Notes: generated by a model not told the origin, from the letters alone. Shown: positions 1-9,315, counted from the first letter of the whole stretch. The stretch is DNA of 63,995 bases, filler included, from an uncultured Myxococcia bacterium (GCA_964617105.1; 14 parts of 14 records of this genome joined end to end with filler, not necessarily neighbours in it), one strand, 5' to 3'. Numbers and translations are program-made.

Positions 1-1
1 A

Positions 2-1687
2 AAAAATAATCAGCCGCTGCCGGTACTAATTATGAACTTGATGAGCACTTATGAAGGAAATGCTCATTGGGATGAGTTTTTGGAGTTTTTTGAAAAAGAG
101 CCGGAGATAATTGATACTTTTTTGGCTGAGATGGATAATTGTCAGCAAGATGCAGACCAGATAATTGACGATTATATTCAAATGATGATCAAAGATGCCC
201 CCATTTTGGTCGACTTTTTGATGTTGTTGGGTCAGGCGGGGCGGCGGCGAAAAGATTTTAATATGGTAAACCGTTTTATCAATGCCACTGTCACCCAATT
301 GATGTCCAATAAACAAGCCAGAGAAAATTTTGCCAACCTTTTTTATTACTACACCATCGATATCCACAAATTTATCAAGTCGCTTAACTTTAGAAATGTG
401 ATCAAGTTCATGGATATTTTCAGTGTCTTTGGCCAGGATGAACAACTCTATTTCGCCATCACCAAAAAATTGACCTCCCTGTTGAATATCTACAATGTCA
501 GTTCCAACTACATAAAACGCTATTTTGCCAATGTGCTGGACAACTACCCCCGTTTTACCGCTTACGCCGATGATTTTCAGGAGATGAACCGTATCACCAA
601 AATGATTCTGCAGGAATCATATCAGATAAAAGATACCAAACTCTGTGAACAAAAATTGCGGGATTATTTTAACATTGAGTTATGCCGTCTCAGCCTGATG
701 ATGTTGAATTTGGAAGATCACCAGCAAATATGTCGTGAATTCAGGCAGATGGTGGACCGGTTTATCAGGGAGATGTATCTCAACACCTGGCACCAACTCT
801 CCAGGGAGATGCCCGAATCTTTTGGTAATTTAAAACCTTTTAATGGAATTGGTATCTTTGCTTCTGGAGGTAATGCCCGGGAAGAAGCCTTTGACAACGA
901 TTACGACATGTTTGTGCTGGTTATGCCAGAGGTGTATCAAAGCCAGTCCAATTTGGCTCATTTCGCATTCAACAAGTTGACTGCCCGCCTGGCGTCAGCC
1001 TTGAGCAGAAGTGGCATTTCCCCTCATAACCGTTTTATCGAACATTGCGGCAGTTATATTATTACCATTGAAGAGATGGAAAAATTCTTTCAACAGACGG
1101 GACCCACCGATTTTATCGATAAGACCGAAATCCTAAATTCCCGGTTGGTTATCGGCGATGCTCGTCTGGAGGGACAGCTATACAAAAAAATAATCTCCCC
1201 TTTTATATTCAAGGATTACTCCAATTTTATCTTTTGCCTGCAAAACGAGATGAAATCCCGCCATCAACACTGTAAGGAGTCCGATGCTGGCCTGGATTTG
1301 AAAGAAGATATCGGCGGCCTAAGGGATATCCACCTGTTCTTGAGTATACTCAAAGCCTTTTTTGGAATAAGAACGCCCATTACCTGGAAAGTTTTCCAGA
1401 TGTTGCGAAACAAGATGCCCACCCACTTTCGGCAATTGAAAGATATCGAAAAATCTTTGTTTTTCATTAAAAAGGTGCGAGATATCTATCGCCTTACTGT
1501 AGCCAATGATGATCTGATTGATCAGGATTACCTGGAGAAAACCGCTGTTTTTATGGGATATTCGGGAAGGCCTTCAAAAAAAGGCGATATGCTGCTTAAC
1601 GATCTGACCCGTGCCAAGGGAAGAGCAATACGCAATATTAATAATATATTGGATTATTATCAGGCCCAGCTTGACAAAAAGGGATAA
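2..1687 (+). CDS. GlnD/GlnE-like (Pol-beta superfamily) nucleotidyltransferase with long helical N-terminal region; 5' partial
   Basis: Frame is open from base 2. Motif FASGGNAREEAFDNDYDMFVL resembles the GG..R.E...SDxD nucleotidyltransferase signature, and DLKEDIGGLRDIH resembles the GlnD/GlnE substrate-binding motif. Confidence 0.7.
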   Translation, partial: KNNQPLPVLIMNLMSTYEGNAHWDEFLEFFEKEPEIIDTFLAEMDNCQQDADQIIDDYIQMMIKDAPILVDFLMLLGQAGRRRKDFNMVNRFINATVTQLMSNKQARENFANLFYYYTIDIHKFIKSLNFRNVIKFMDIFSVFGQDEQLYFAITKKLTSLLNIYNVSSNYIKRYFANVLDNYPRFTAYADDFQEMNRITKMILQESYQIKDTKLCEQKLRDYFNIELCRLSLMMLNLEDHQQICREFRQMVDRFIREMYLNTWHQLSREMPESFGNLKPFNGIGIFASGGNAREEAFDNDYDMFVLVMPEVYQSQSNLAHFAFNKLTARLASALSRSGISPHNRFIEHCGSYIITIEEMEKFFQQTGPTDFIDKTEILNSRLVIGDARLEGQLYKKIISPFIFKDYSNFIFCLQNEMKSRHQHCKESDAGLDLKEDIGGLRDIHLFLSILKAFFGIRTPITWKVFQMLRNKMPTHFRQLKDIEKSLFFIKKVRDIYRLTVANDDLIDQDYLEKTAVFMGYSGRPSKKGDMLLNDLTRAKGRAIRNINNILDYYQAQLDKKG

Positions 1688-1744
1688 AACATAGATGATA
1701 ATTCCGTTTCCTTCGGGAAACAGGCACCATGGCGAGGAAAGATC

Positions 1745-2290
1745 ATGTCTATTGTGATTTTAGTTGACCGTCTCACATCGGAAGATACTGTTATTGAGAA
1801 GAAGTTTCCTGCCCAGTGGATGGCAAACCTGATAGATTTTCAAACCCAGGGATGTGCAGAAAAGGGAGCAGTTTTTCTGCAGGCGAAAGTGAAAAAAATC
1901 GAGGATTGCATCATCTTTGCCGGACATTTTAACACCATTTTAGCGGTAGAATGCTCCAGGTGCCTACAGGTAGTTGATCGGGATTTTGAACTCGATTTTA
2001 TTCAAACCCTTTTTAAAGATAAAGGTTTTACCGAGAAAACTGAGGATGAAGATCTTGGCGAGGAAGAAGATCTCTCTCACGGAACTTACAACGGGGCAGA
2101 GATCGATCTGGAATCGATTTTTATCGAGCAGTTTTTTTTAAATGTACCGCGTTTTCCCGTATGTCGGGAAGATTGCCGCGGGCTTTGTCAGCAATGCGGC
2201 GCTAATTTAAACACTGATGCGTGCTCTTGCGCGGGTAAACCTATAGATCCCCGCTGGGAAGCGTTGAAAAACATGAAGACAGGAGGGTAA
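1745..2290 (+). CDS. yceD: YceD/DUF177 family protein (23S rRNA accumulation)
   Basis: ECSRCL and CREDCRGLCQQCGANLN..C.C...IDPRWEALK motifs; lies directly upstream of rpmF. Confidence 0.93.
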   Translation: MSIVILVDRLTSEDTVIEKKFPAQWMANLIDFQTQGCAEKGAVFLQAKVKKIEDCIIFAGHFNTILAVECSRCLQVVDRDFELDFIQTLFKDKGFTEKTEDEDLGEEEDLSHGTYNGAEIDLESIFIEQFFLNVPRFPVCREDCRGLCQQCGANLNTDACSCAGKPIDPRWEALKNMKTGG

Positions 2291-2294
2291 TTCA

Positions 2295-2477
2295 ATGCCA
2301 GTCCCCAAAAAGAAAAAATCGAAAGCAAGAAGAGATACCAGAAGAAGTCATGACCATCTAACTCCTCCAAGTTCGGTAATAGAATGCCCCAACTGTGGCG
2401 AAGCAACCTTACTGCATCACGCTTGCGCCAGTTGCGGCACCTACAAGGGCCGGGAAGTCTTTCAGATCAAAGACTAG
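2295..2477 (+). CDS. rpmF: 50S ribosomal protein L32
   Basis: MPVPKKKKSKARRDTRRSH...CPNCG...HHAC..CGTYKGR; RBS GGAGG upstream. Confidence 0.98.
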   Translation: MPVPKKKKSKARRDTRRSHDHLTPPSSVIECPNCGEATLLHHACASCGTYKGREVFQIKD

Positions 2478-2607
2478 TGCCCTGTCAAGCAACATTTGCC
2501 GCATCTTGCTCGTCCTTTAGCGTGCCTGCTGAGGCCGAAGGTCATCCTTGACGGCACACTAAATTACTTCGCAATCTTGTGGCATCAGTCACTTGACATG
2601 ACACTAG
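2474..2607. mobile_element. 134-bp CTAG-bounded palindromic miniature element (MITE/REP-like)
   Basis: Ends CTAGTGCCCTGTCAAG and CTTGACATGACACTAG are a 14/16 inverted match. Inner arms TTTAGCGTGCC/GGCACACTAAA also pair. The element overlaps the rpmF TAG stop. Confidence 0.7.
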
Positions 2608-2638
2608 CCCAACCTGATTCTACAGGTGATTCTACAGA

Positions 2639-3625
2639 ATGAAAGTCAACAAAGCTGAGATAATCTCAACCGGCTCCTATTTGCCTGCCCGCAGGTTGAC
2701 CAATAGAGAATTGGCTGCCAGGTTTGATGTAACTGAACAGTGGATAGTGGAGAGGTGCGGGATCAATGAACGGCGGGTGGCTTCTCCGGATGAGTCTACA
2801 TCTGATCTGGCTGCCAAAGCGGCAAAGAAAGCTTTACGGGTTGCCTCCTGTTCCGCCAGGGATCTTGACCTGATCATTGTAGCCACGGTATCTTCAGATA
2901 TGCCTATGCCCAGCACCGCAGTTCATGTGCAGCGCAAAATCGGCGCTGAGAGGGCCTTTGCCTTTGATGTAGGTGCGGCTTGTTCAGGTTTTCTTTACAG
3001 TCTGGTCATAGCCGATCAATTTATCCGGGCGGGTAATGTAAAAAAAGTGATGGTAGTGGCGGCTGAGTTGTTGAGTCGCTTTGTCAATCCGAATAATATC
3101 AACGGCTCTATTCTGTTTGGTGATGGAGCCGGCTGTGCTATCCTGTCAGCCGGAGACGGCCAAAGCGGCATCATGGACAGCCAGTTATACAGCGATGGCA
3201 ACAAGTGGGATCTGCTCTATATCCCTGGAGGAGGGACTTGCCATCCTGCCACCCTTGAAACTTTGGAGAAAGACCTGCACACCGGCCGCATGAATGGAAA
3301 AGAACTTTATAAGAACGCAGTTAAACTGCTCTCTGACGCCACCCAAAAAATTTTAACTGATAATGGTTTAAACAGTGACCAGTTAAAATTTGTGATCCCT
3401 CACCAGGCCAATATCAGGATTATTAATTCCATGATATCCCGCTTAAAAATAGATCCGAAAAGGGTGGTAGTAAATCTGGATCTGGTAGGCAATACTTCGG
3501 CAGCCTCGATTCCTATTGCCCTGGATCAACTGGTACAAGATGGGCGGATACAAAAAGGGGATCTGTTGCTGTTAAATGCTATTGGCGCGGGTCTCACCTG
3601 GGGGGCCATCTTGTTTAGATGGTAG
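2639..3625 (+). CDS. fabH: 3-oxoacyl-ACP synthase III
   Basis: Catalytic motifs AACSGF, PHQAN and GNTSAAS; C-terminal GAGLTWG. Confidence 0.97.
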   Translation: MKVNKAEIISTGSYLPARRLTNRELAARFDVTEQWIVERCGINERRVASPDESTSDLAAKAAKKALRVASCSARDLDLIIVATVSSDMPMPSTAVHVQRKIGAERAFAFDVGAACSGFLYSLVIADQFIRAGNVKKVMVVAAELLSRFVNPNNINGSILFGDGAGCAILSAGDGQSGIMDSQLYSDGNKWDLLYIPGGGTCHPATLETLEKDLHTGRMNGKELYKNAVKLLSDATQKILTDNGLNSDQLKFVIPHQANIRIINSMISRLKIDPKRVVVNLDLVGNTSAASIPIALDQLVQDGRIQKGDLLLLNAIGAGLTWGAILFRW

Positions 3626-3656
3626 CCGGTGCGTTATATATATACGGAGGGATAAA

Positions 3657-4436
3657 GTGACCAATTTACCAGCGCCCCAAAAATCTAATTATCTGAAAAG
3701 CAAAGTTGCTTTGGTCACGGGTGGGTCGGGTGCTATTGGCGGTGCCGTAGCCCTTGAATTGGCCCGGCAGGGAGCCCGGGTAATAGCTCACTATCATCAG
3801 GGAGAAGAGAGAATCACCGACCTTCGAAAAAGAGCGGACCAGGAGGAGTTGCACTTGGGAACCTGTTGCTTCGACCTATGCAATAGCCAACAGGTAAAAG
3901 AGGTTCTTCAGCAGGTGGTCAAGCAGCATGGCGCCATCGATATTTTGGTCAATAACAGTGGCATCACCTATAACAACTTGATATTCGCCACTCCAGAAGA
4001 AACTTTGGAGCAGTTGATTGCTACCAATTTTAATGGCCACTACCTTTGCTGTAAAATAGCCGCCCGTTCCATGTTGAGAAAAAAATGGGGACGGATAATC
4101 AATATATCTTCCATTGTGGCGTCCACCGGTAATCCAGGCCAGACCGCCTATGCCGCTTCCAAGGGTGCGGTTGAAGGCTTGACCCGCTCATTAGCCCTGG
4201 AGTTGGCTAGCCGAAACATCACTGTCAATACGGTGGAGCCTGGCCTGATCAATACCGGTATGGCTCAAGGGATCGACCATGAAAGCAGGGAGAAGTTGAT
4301 AGAGCAAATTCCGGTAAAACGGGCAGGTGAGGCCAGGGAAGTGGGGTGGTTGGTGGCTTTTTTAGCCAGCCCCAATGCCGCCTATATAACCGGACAGGTA
4401 ATCGGTGTAAATGGGGGACTGCTTCCGCATAAATAA
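3657..4436 (+). CDS. fabG: 3-oxoacyl-ACP reductase (SDR)
   Basis: TGGSGAIG, NNSG, GNPGQTAYAASK and YITGQVIGVNGG motifs; GTG start at 3657 after GGAGG; fab operon context. Confidence 0.92.
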   Translation: MTNLPAPQKSNYLKSKVALVTGGSGAIGGAVALELARQGARVIAHYHQGEERITDLRKRADQEELHLGTCCFDLCNSQQVKEVLQQVVKQHGAIDILVNNSGITYNNLIFATPEETLEQLIATNFNGHYLCCKIAARSMLRKKWGRIINISSIVASTGNPGQTAYAASKGAVEGLTRSLALELASRNITVNTVEPGLINTGMAQGIDHESREKLIEQIPVKRAGEAREVGWLVAFLASPNAAYITGQVIGVNGGLLPHK

Positions 4437-4466
4437 AAACAATGTTATTAATCAGGAGGATTATCC

Positions 4467-4697
4467 ATGTCAGTACAAGAAAAAGTTGTTAATATTATTT
4501 CTGAACAGCTCCAGGTGGATAAGGATAAAATCACCCCGACTTTGAGCCTCAAGGATGTGGGAGCCGATTCCCTGGCCATTATGGATCTGGTTTTGGCCGT
4601 TGAAGATGAATTTGATCTACAGTTGGATGAGAGTGATCAGTTGAATTTTAACACAGTGGAAGATATTATTAAATTTTTAGAGGAAAAGGGTAAATAG
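4467..4697 (+). CDS. acpP: acyl carrier protein
   Basis: GADSL phosphopantetheine site, acidic 76-aa protein, AGGAGG RBS. Confidence 0.96.
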   Translation: MSVQEKVVNIISEQLQVDKDKITPTLSLKDVGADSLAIMDLVLAVEDEFDLQLDESDQLNFNTVEDIIKFLEEKGK

Positions 4698-4748
4698 TGT
4701 ATGGCCGTGTTGTGGTTACCGGCGCCGGGGCGGTTACATCCTTAGGTA
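4697..4748 (+). CDS. fabF: beta-ketoacyl-ACP synthase II, N-terminal fragment cut by contig end
   Basis: GTG start then YGRVVVTGAGAVTSLG, the canonical FabF N-terminus, directly after acpP. Confidence 0.8.
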
Positions 4749-4848
4749 NNNNNNNNNNNNNNNNNNNNNNNNNNNNNNNNNNNNNNNNNNNNTTAATTAA
4801 TTAANNNNNNNNNNNNNNNNNNNNNNNNNNNNNNNNNNNNNNNNNNNN
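4749..4848. other. artificial contig spacer (N-run + TTAATTAATTAA + N-run), 13 copies in the window
   Basis: The same spacer, with stops in all six frames, recurs every ~4.6-4.8 kb and interrupts genes. Confidence 0.99.
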
Positions 4849-5208
4849 CATCTGTTCTAATGTAGATATCCATCGCCTTATTGTGTCAACTGATACATTA
4901 ATATCATTTGCCAATGAACTATAATTTACGCTCTGCCCGCTTAGACACCTTATCAATTCCGCCAAAATCTCTAATTGGCCTATTTGCTGAATATTGGTAA
5001 GATCACGTAAATCTTCATGAAAAAATTGCTCCAACCTGAGTCGTTTCCAGCGGTTATAGAATCTCGTATTCGCTTTGATAAATGGTTCAGGAAATCCGCC
5101 AAAGACAAGAAGTTGTTGAAAAATGTCCACGTTAATTTTTGTTGGTTTTCTGATTTCGGTGCCAAATATTTCCGAAGTGTTTATTTCTGCTACTGACAAT
5201 GGATGCAT
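4849..5208 (-). pseudogene. internal fragment of an AAA_14/DUF4143-type ATPase; 5' half missing at a chimeric junction
   Basis: MHPLSVAE...FGGFPEPF....RFYNRW...EDLRDL...VNYSSLANDINVSVDTIRRWISTLE. No Walker A region upstream; similarity stops at about 5208. Confidence 0.75.
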
Positions 5209-5635
5209 AGACAAATTTATCGGCGATGCCATCATGATAATCTTTGGCGCCCCGGTGGAGATGATACCAACCCGGCAGGCCAGGCTGGCTCTCCAGTGTG
5301 CGCTTAAAATGCAGGAGACTATGAAGGAGTTGAATAGAGAATGGAGCCAAGCCGGAGTGGATGAGATCAGGATGCGTATAGGCATCCACCATGGCCCGGT
5401 GGTAGTGGGCAATTTTGGCAGTGAGTTGCGCTCCGATTACACTGCCATTGGCCCAATGGTAAACAAGGCCTCCAGGATTGAAACCGCCTGCACGCCCGGA
5501 GAGATATTTCTTTCCGGCGAATTGTGCGATTATTTGGAGGAGAAATGGTTCGAAGAGGCCGGTCTGTTCGAGATGAAGGGCATCAAAGGAAAAACTATGT
5601 TATACCGGGCCAAATCAGGAGAAGTAACTGTCTAG
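5207..5635 (+). pseudogene. C-terminal fragment of a class III adenylate/guanylate cyclase
   Basis: IDKFIGDAIM..FGAP, RIGIHHG.VVVGNFGS..RSDYTAIG..VNKASRIE, MKG motifs. The first catalytic (FxDI) strand is absent. Confidence 0.8.
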
Positions 5636-5697
5636 TGTCCGTCCGAAAATCCCCTTCTGGAGACGCCGACGCCGACGCCGAAGGGAAAGGTGATCCC
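5632..5697. repeat. CTAG-initiated miniature element copy with internal (GACGCC)3 expansion
   Basis: CTAGTGTCCGTCCGAAAATCCCCTTCTGGAGACG matches the reverse complement of 26377-26436 (CTAGTTCCTGTCCGAAAACCCCCTTCTGCGACG). Confidence 0.7.
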
Positions 5698-5698
5698 T

Positions 5699-6108
5699 TT
5701 ATTTATCAACCTCCGACTGTAACTTGATAACTTCGAGAATTGCCTGCTTAAGTTTAAGGTTGTCAATTTTACCGAAATATTTTAGTAAGTTCACTTCAGC
5801 GGCTGATAAATATGGCGTGGATGGTTCTGCGACCATTTTTAGGTTATAATCCAGGTTGTCTTCTTTGCTGTATTCAAATGAGGCCATTCTCTCCCGAAAA
5901 AAAATATTACTGGTACGCTTAAGGCGAAGGCGATTTTTTGAAGAGTTTCTACATTTAATTTGGTAAAACCGTTTTCATATCGTTGAATGGTAAAATAGGT
6001 AACACCAAGACTTTCCGCCAGTTTCTCCTGAGATATTTTTAACTCGCGCCGCCTTTTTTTTATTTGAAGACCGATTTCTTTGCTGGATAAAATATTTTTT
6101 TCATACAT
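5699..6108 (-). pseudogene. XRE-family HTH regulator split by a frameshift in a T8 run (5897-5904)
   Basis: HTH IGLQIKKRRRELKISQEKLAESLGVTYFTIQRYENG. One extra T joins it in frame to the ORF VAEPSTPYLSAAEVNLLKYFGKI. Confidence 0.75.
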
Positions 6109-6216
6109 ATTTAGTATTATATCCGGACTGACTTCCAGATTGCTACTGCAAAAAATGCTCAAACAGCAAAAACAATATACTGCAAAAAAAGGCAATATAG
6201 TGTGTGTGTCGGGATT

Positions 6217-9200
6217 TCAAAACCCCTGACCCACCACCAGATAGTAGTTATCTATTCCCGGGCCGTAGATTCCCCGGGCGTATCCAAGCCTGACATTGGT
6301 AAAGATTTGGTAACCCAGGTGCAACTCCAGGCGGAGTTCAAAGCCAGTGCCAATATAGAGAGGATGAAAGGATAGTTCATGCTCAAAGGCATTGCCCCCA
6401 TCCAGAAATAGGACCAGATGAGTCCGTCCCAAATAGATAGGCAGGGTGGAGATCCCCCGCTCTAATTCCAGCAGGGGAAAACGGTATTCACCTTTGAGCA
6501 GCAGAAAAGACATACCGGAAAAGGCGTTTAGGGGAAAACCGCGCAAATAGTGGTTTCCCACCCAGATTTCTTCCATTAGATCCCGAATAATGTCCCGGCT
6601 AGGCAGCCCGCCTAGGTTGTATAGAGGCCGGTATCGATAGCCGCCCATCCCCAGACCGGCGGAAATTTTTCCTGCCAGAATGTGATGGGGAAAATAGGGC
6701 AGAGGTTGGTACATAGAGAGGGAGCCAAAACTCTCCAGGGTTAAAAAATCACCTCCCAGATAGGGAGTGTTGAGGCCCAGTCCAAAATTGGCGGCAAACC
6801 CCTTTTCATAGGAGAAAGAGAAGTAGTAACTCTCCAGGTTGCTGATGCTCCAGCGGGCGTAAAGGCCGGATTTAATACCGGTTTGGGGGATTTTGGGCTT
6901 GATATCCAGAGGGTGGAAGCGAAGTTTGGTTAATCCCCTCATCCTTTTTAGATGGTAAAACAGAGAAAATCCATAGTTATACCCAGAGAAAAGATAGTCC
7001 ATTCTGAATCCTGCCGCCGCACTCCACCGTTCCTCCAAATAGGGCATGGGATAGTAGTTACGTTCAAACAGGCCCCGGGCATTGACAATATCCCGGGCAG
7101 AGTAGAGGTAAAGTGTAGGAAAAAATGAGCGGTTAAAATAGTTGATTCTATAGAGCAGATCGTTTTGCTGGATACCAGTGGCTAGTTCAGCTTCAAATTG
7201 GTGTTTGGCCAGAACATCGGCGCCGCTGAGCAGGAAATTTATGCTGTCACCGCGGCCGTACATACTTACAAAGGGGAGCACAGCCTGGGGCCAAATTGTA
7301 TCCAGAGGTTGGTAGCGGCGAGGAGCAAGAGGCAGTTTGTCCGCATGAATGGGAGCAGAGCGGGTGGTAGCCGAGCGGGGAATCCCCAGAGAGATCTTCT
7401 GGTTTTGGCGCTTTTGCGGCAGGGTTGAATCCGGGCGCCAGTTGGAGCTATCAAGCGGGAGCCAGGCCAGGTCATACCCTTTTTCTGAGTAAGTGGTAAA
7501 GAGTATCTTTTTTCCATCCAGAGTGACTTCCGGCATAAAAGCGCCTTCTAAAAGGTTGGTTATTTGGAAGAATTGCCGTTTTTTCAGGTCAAAGGCATGG
7601 AGATTATACACTCCACTGCGATCAGATGAAAAAATCAGGTACCTGCCGCTTTTATCCCAGGTTGGATCCAGGTCTATTGCCCGGTCCACCCTCAGGGGCG
7701 TCAGGCTCTTTTGGGTCAAATGATAGATATAGATATCCCGCATTCCCCCTGGTTTCCAAAGAGAGAGGGCGATTTTATCTCCTTGCGGAGAGAAGGCCGG
7801 TGAGGCCAGATGAGTTTGCTGGTCGCCTTGAATTAGGGTTTGCAACGAGCCATCGGCAACATCCATGAGCATCAAAGAGTATTTGCCCTCAACCTCCTGG
7901 ATGGCGGCAATTTTTTTTCCATCCGGAGAGAAATCGGGCTGGCGCAACCTTTGTCCCCTGGTAATTTGCCGGGTTTGCCTTTTTTCCAGATTGTAACTAT
8001 AGAGGTCGTAAAGGTGGTAGTAGTGGTTGTGGACCCGCTGATCTTCAAAAATAATCTGCCCGCCATCAGGGGAAAAGGTGAGGGCGCTACCAGAATAGAG
8101 CCGCAGCAATTTATTACCTTTTCTGTCTTCGGGCATTGTATGATTAATTGTGGTTGTTGGTTGGCGGTCATAGTTTTTTATTACCCGCAATTGGGGGTGG
8201 CTGTGGCCATCATAAGAGAAATAGGCCAGGTGGTGGCGGGAAGAGATCCGAGGATGAAAATTATTCATTCCCTGTTTGGTTAGCGGATAGATAGGGGTCA
8301 AGACCTGGGCTTTTATCTCCTGGACTTGTTGGAAGATTTGGTTTTTTGTTTCTGCTTCAAACTCTTTCCACAGATCTATAAAACTCTTTCCAGTTGCTTC
8401 CTGGGCAGTAATATTCAGGGAATAGGGCACCACTTTCCGGCCGTAACTATAGATAAAGTCCGCAAAGAAATCATCACCATGGTTTTGTAAAATATAGTTG
8501 ACAAAGTAACTGCCCAGCAGATAGGGGAGGGCTCCTTTGGGCCAGCGGTGCGGCCTGCCGGTTATCTGGTCCAGGGAGGGGAAATTGCCGGCCAGCACCA
8601 TGGCTCTGATATACATGTTATACATGGAGTTACCCACTCTGCCGCCAGAGGAGATTTTGGTTTCCACCAGAGTGGCCAGACCCTCTATGAACCAGGTGGG
8701 CAGCAAATGGTTCGGCGCCACTAGTTTACCAAACAGGGTATTGATAACAGCGGGGATACCGCCCACTGTATTCAGATGGATGATATGAGCATACTCGTGG
8801 GCCGCCAATATGCGGTACCAGTTGTCGTGGTCGTTGAGCACCGAAAATGGTTGGGGCCTGGATACATTCAGATGGATTACATCGTAGGGTATAGTGGAGG
8901 CGGAACCGTTGGCACTTTGCACCTCGTCACTTATCACCACCTGCACCCGGTTTGTTTTGCCGTGGTTGCGCGCCTGCTTCTGCAAAAAAGCATCTACGGT
9001 GACAGCCACCTCCTCCAGGTAATTAGCCACTTTGCCCGCCAAATTTTGGTATGGAGCGGGAAAGGTGATCACAAAGTGTTGGGTCTCCAGGCTTTGCCAG
9101 TCAATTTTCGGGTCATGGCTGTGTGCCGGGCCAATATTCGAGAATAAAAATAGCAAAACTAACCCAAAAAATATCACAGTGCGGGCTGGTATTATATTTA

Positions 9201-9315
9201 TTATGTTATATTGCCAATCATGGCGCAAAATATCAAACCTCTTTGGCAGTTGGCGTCTGCAGACCCACCTGCTGCCAAGTGAATTCTCGGACGGGAACTT
9301 GATCCACAGTGGCAA
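6217..9315 (-). CDS. outer-membrane protein: zinc peptidase-like domain + TolB/PD40 propeller + Omp85/BamA-type barrel (true start probably ~9180-9200)
   Basis: Signal-like segment before HSHDP; HEYAH..H and WFIEGLAT; repeated P.FSPDG; LRGFP and GEYRFP barrel motifs; terminal Phe. Confidence 0.85.
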   Translation of the reverse strand: MPLWIKFPSENSLGSRWVCRRQLPKRFDILRHDWQYNIINIIPARTVIFFGLVLLFLFSNIGPAHSHDPKIDWQSLETQHFVITFPAPYQNLAGKVANYLEEVAVTVDAFLQKQARNHGKTNRVQVVISDEVQSANGSASTIPYDVIHLNVSRPQPFSVLNDHDNWYRILAAHEYAHIIHLNTVGGIPAVINTLFGKLVAPNHLLPTWFIEGLATLVETKISSGGRVGNSMYNMYIRAMVLAGNFPSLDQITGRPHRWPKGALPYLLGSYFVNYILQNHGDDFFADFIYSYGRKVVPYSLNITAQEATGKSFIDLWKEFEAETKNQIFQQVQEIKAQVLTPIYPLTKQGMNNFHPRISSRHHLAYFSYDGHSHPQLRVIKNYDRQPTTTINHTMPEDRKGNKLLRLYSGSALTFSPDGGQIIFEDQRVHNHYYHLYDLYSYNLEKRQTRQITRGQRLRQPDFSPDGKKIAAIQEVEGKYSLMLMDVADGSLQTLIQGDQQTHLASPAFSPQGDKIALSLWKPGGMRDIYIYHLTQKSLTPLRVDRAIDLDPTWDKSGRYLIFSSDRSGVYNLHAFDLKKRQFFQITNLLEGAFMPEVTLDGKKILFTTYSEKGYDLAWLPLDSSNWRPDSTLPQKRQNQKISLGIPRSATTRSAPIHADKLPLAPRRYQPLDTIWPQAVLPFVSMYGRGDSINFLLSGADVLAKHQFEAELATGIQQNDLLYRINYFNRSFFPTLYLYSARDIVNARGLFERNYYPMPYLEERWSAAAGFRMDYLFSGYNYGFSLFYHLKRMRGLTKLRFHPLDIKPKIPQTGIKSGLYARWSISNLESYYFSFSYEKGFAANFGLGLNTPYLGGDFLTLESFGSLSMYQPLPYFPHHILAGKISAGLGMGGYRYRPLYNLGGLPSRDIIRDLMEEIWVGNHYLRGFPLNAFSGMSFLLLKGEYRFPLLELERGISTLPIYLGRTHLVLFLDGGNAFEHELSFHPLYIGTGFELRLELHLGYQIFTNVRLGYARGIYGPGIDNYYLVVGQGF

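Noticed and set aside
4801-5635. ORF-track entries 4801-5412 (-) and 5123-5635 (+) as a genuine overlapping gene pair
   Set aside because: Each has family similarity only on its own side of ~5207; the extensions are antisense read-through across a junction.
5662-5680. (GACGCC)3 microsatellite as a CRISPR or coding repeat
   Set aside because: Too short, no spacers and no cas genes; it is a slippage expansion inside the miniature element.
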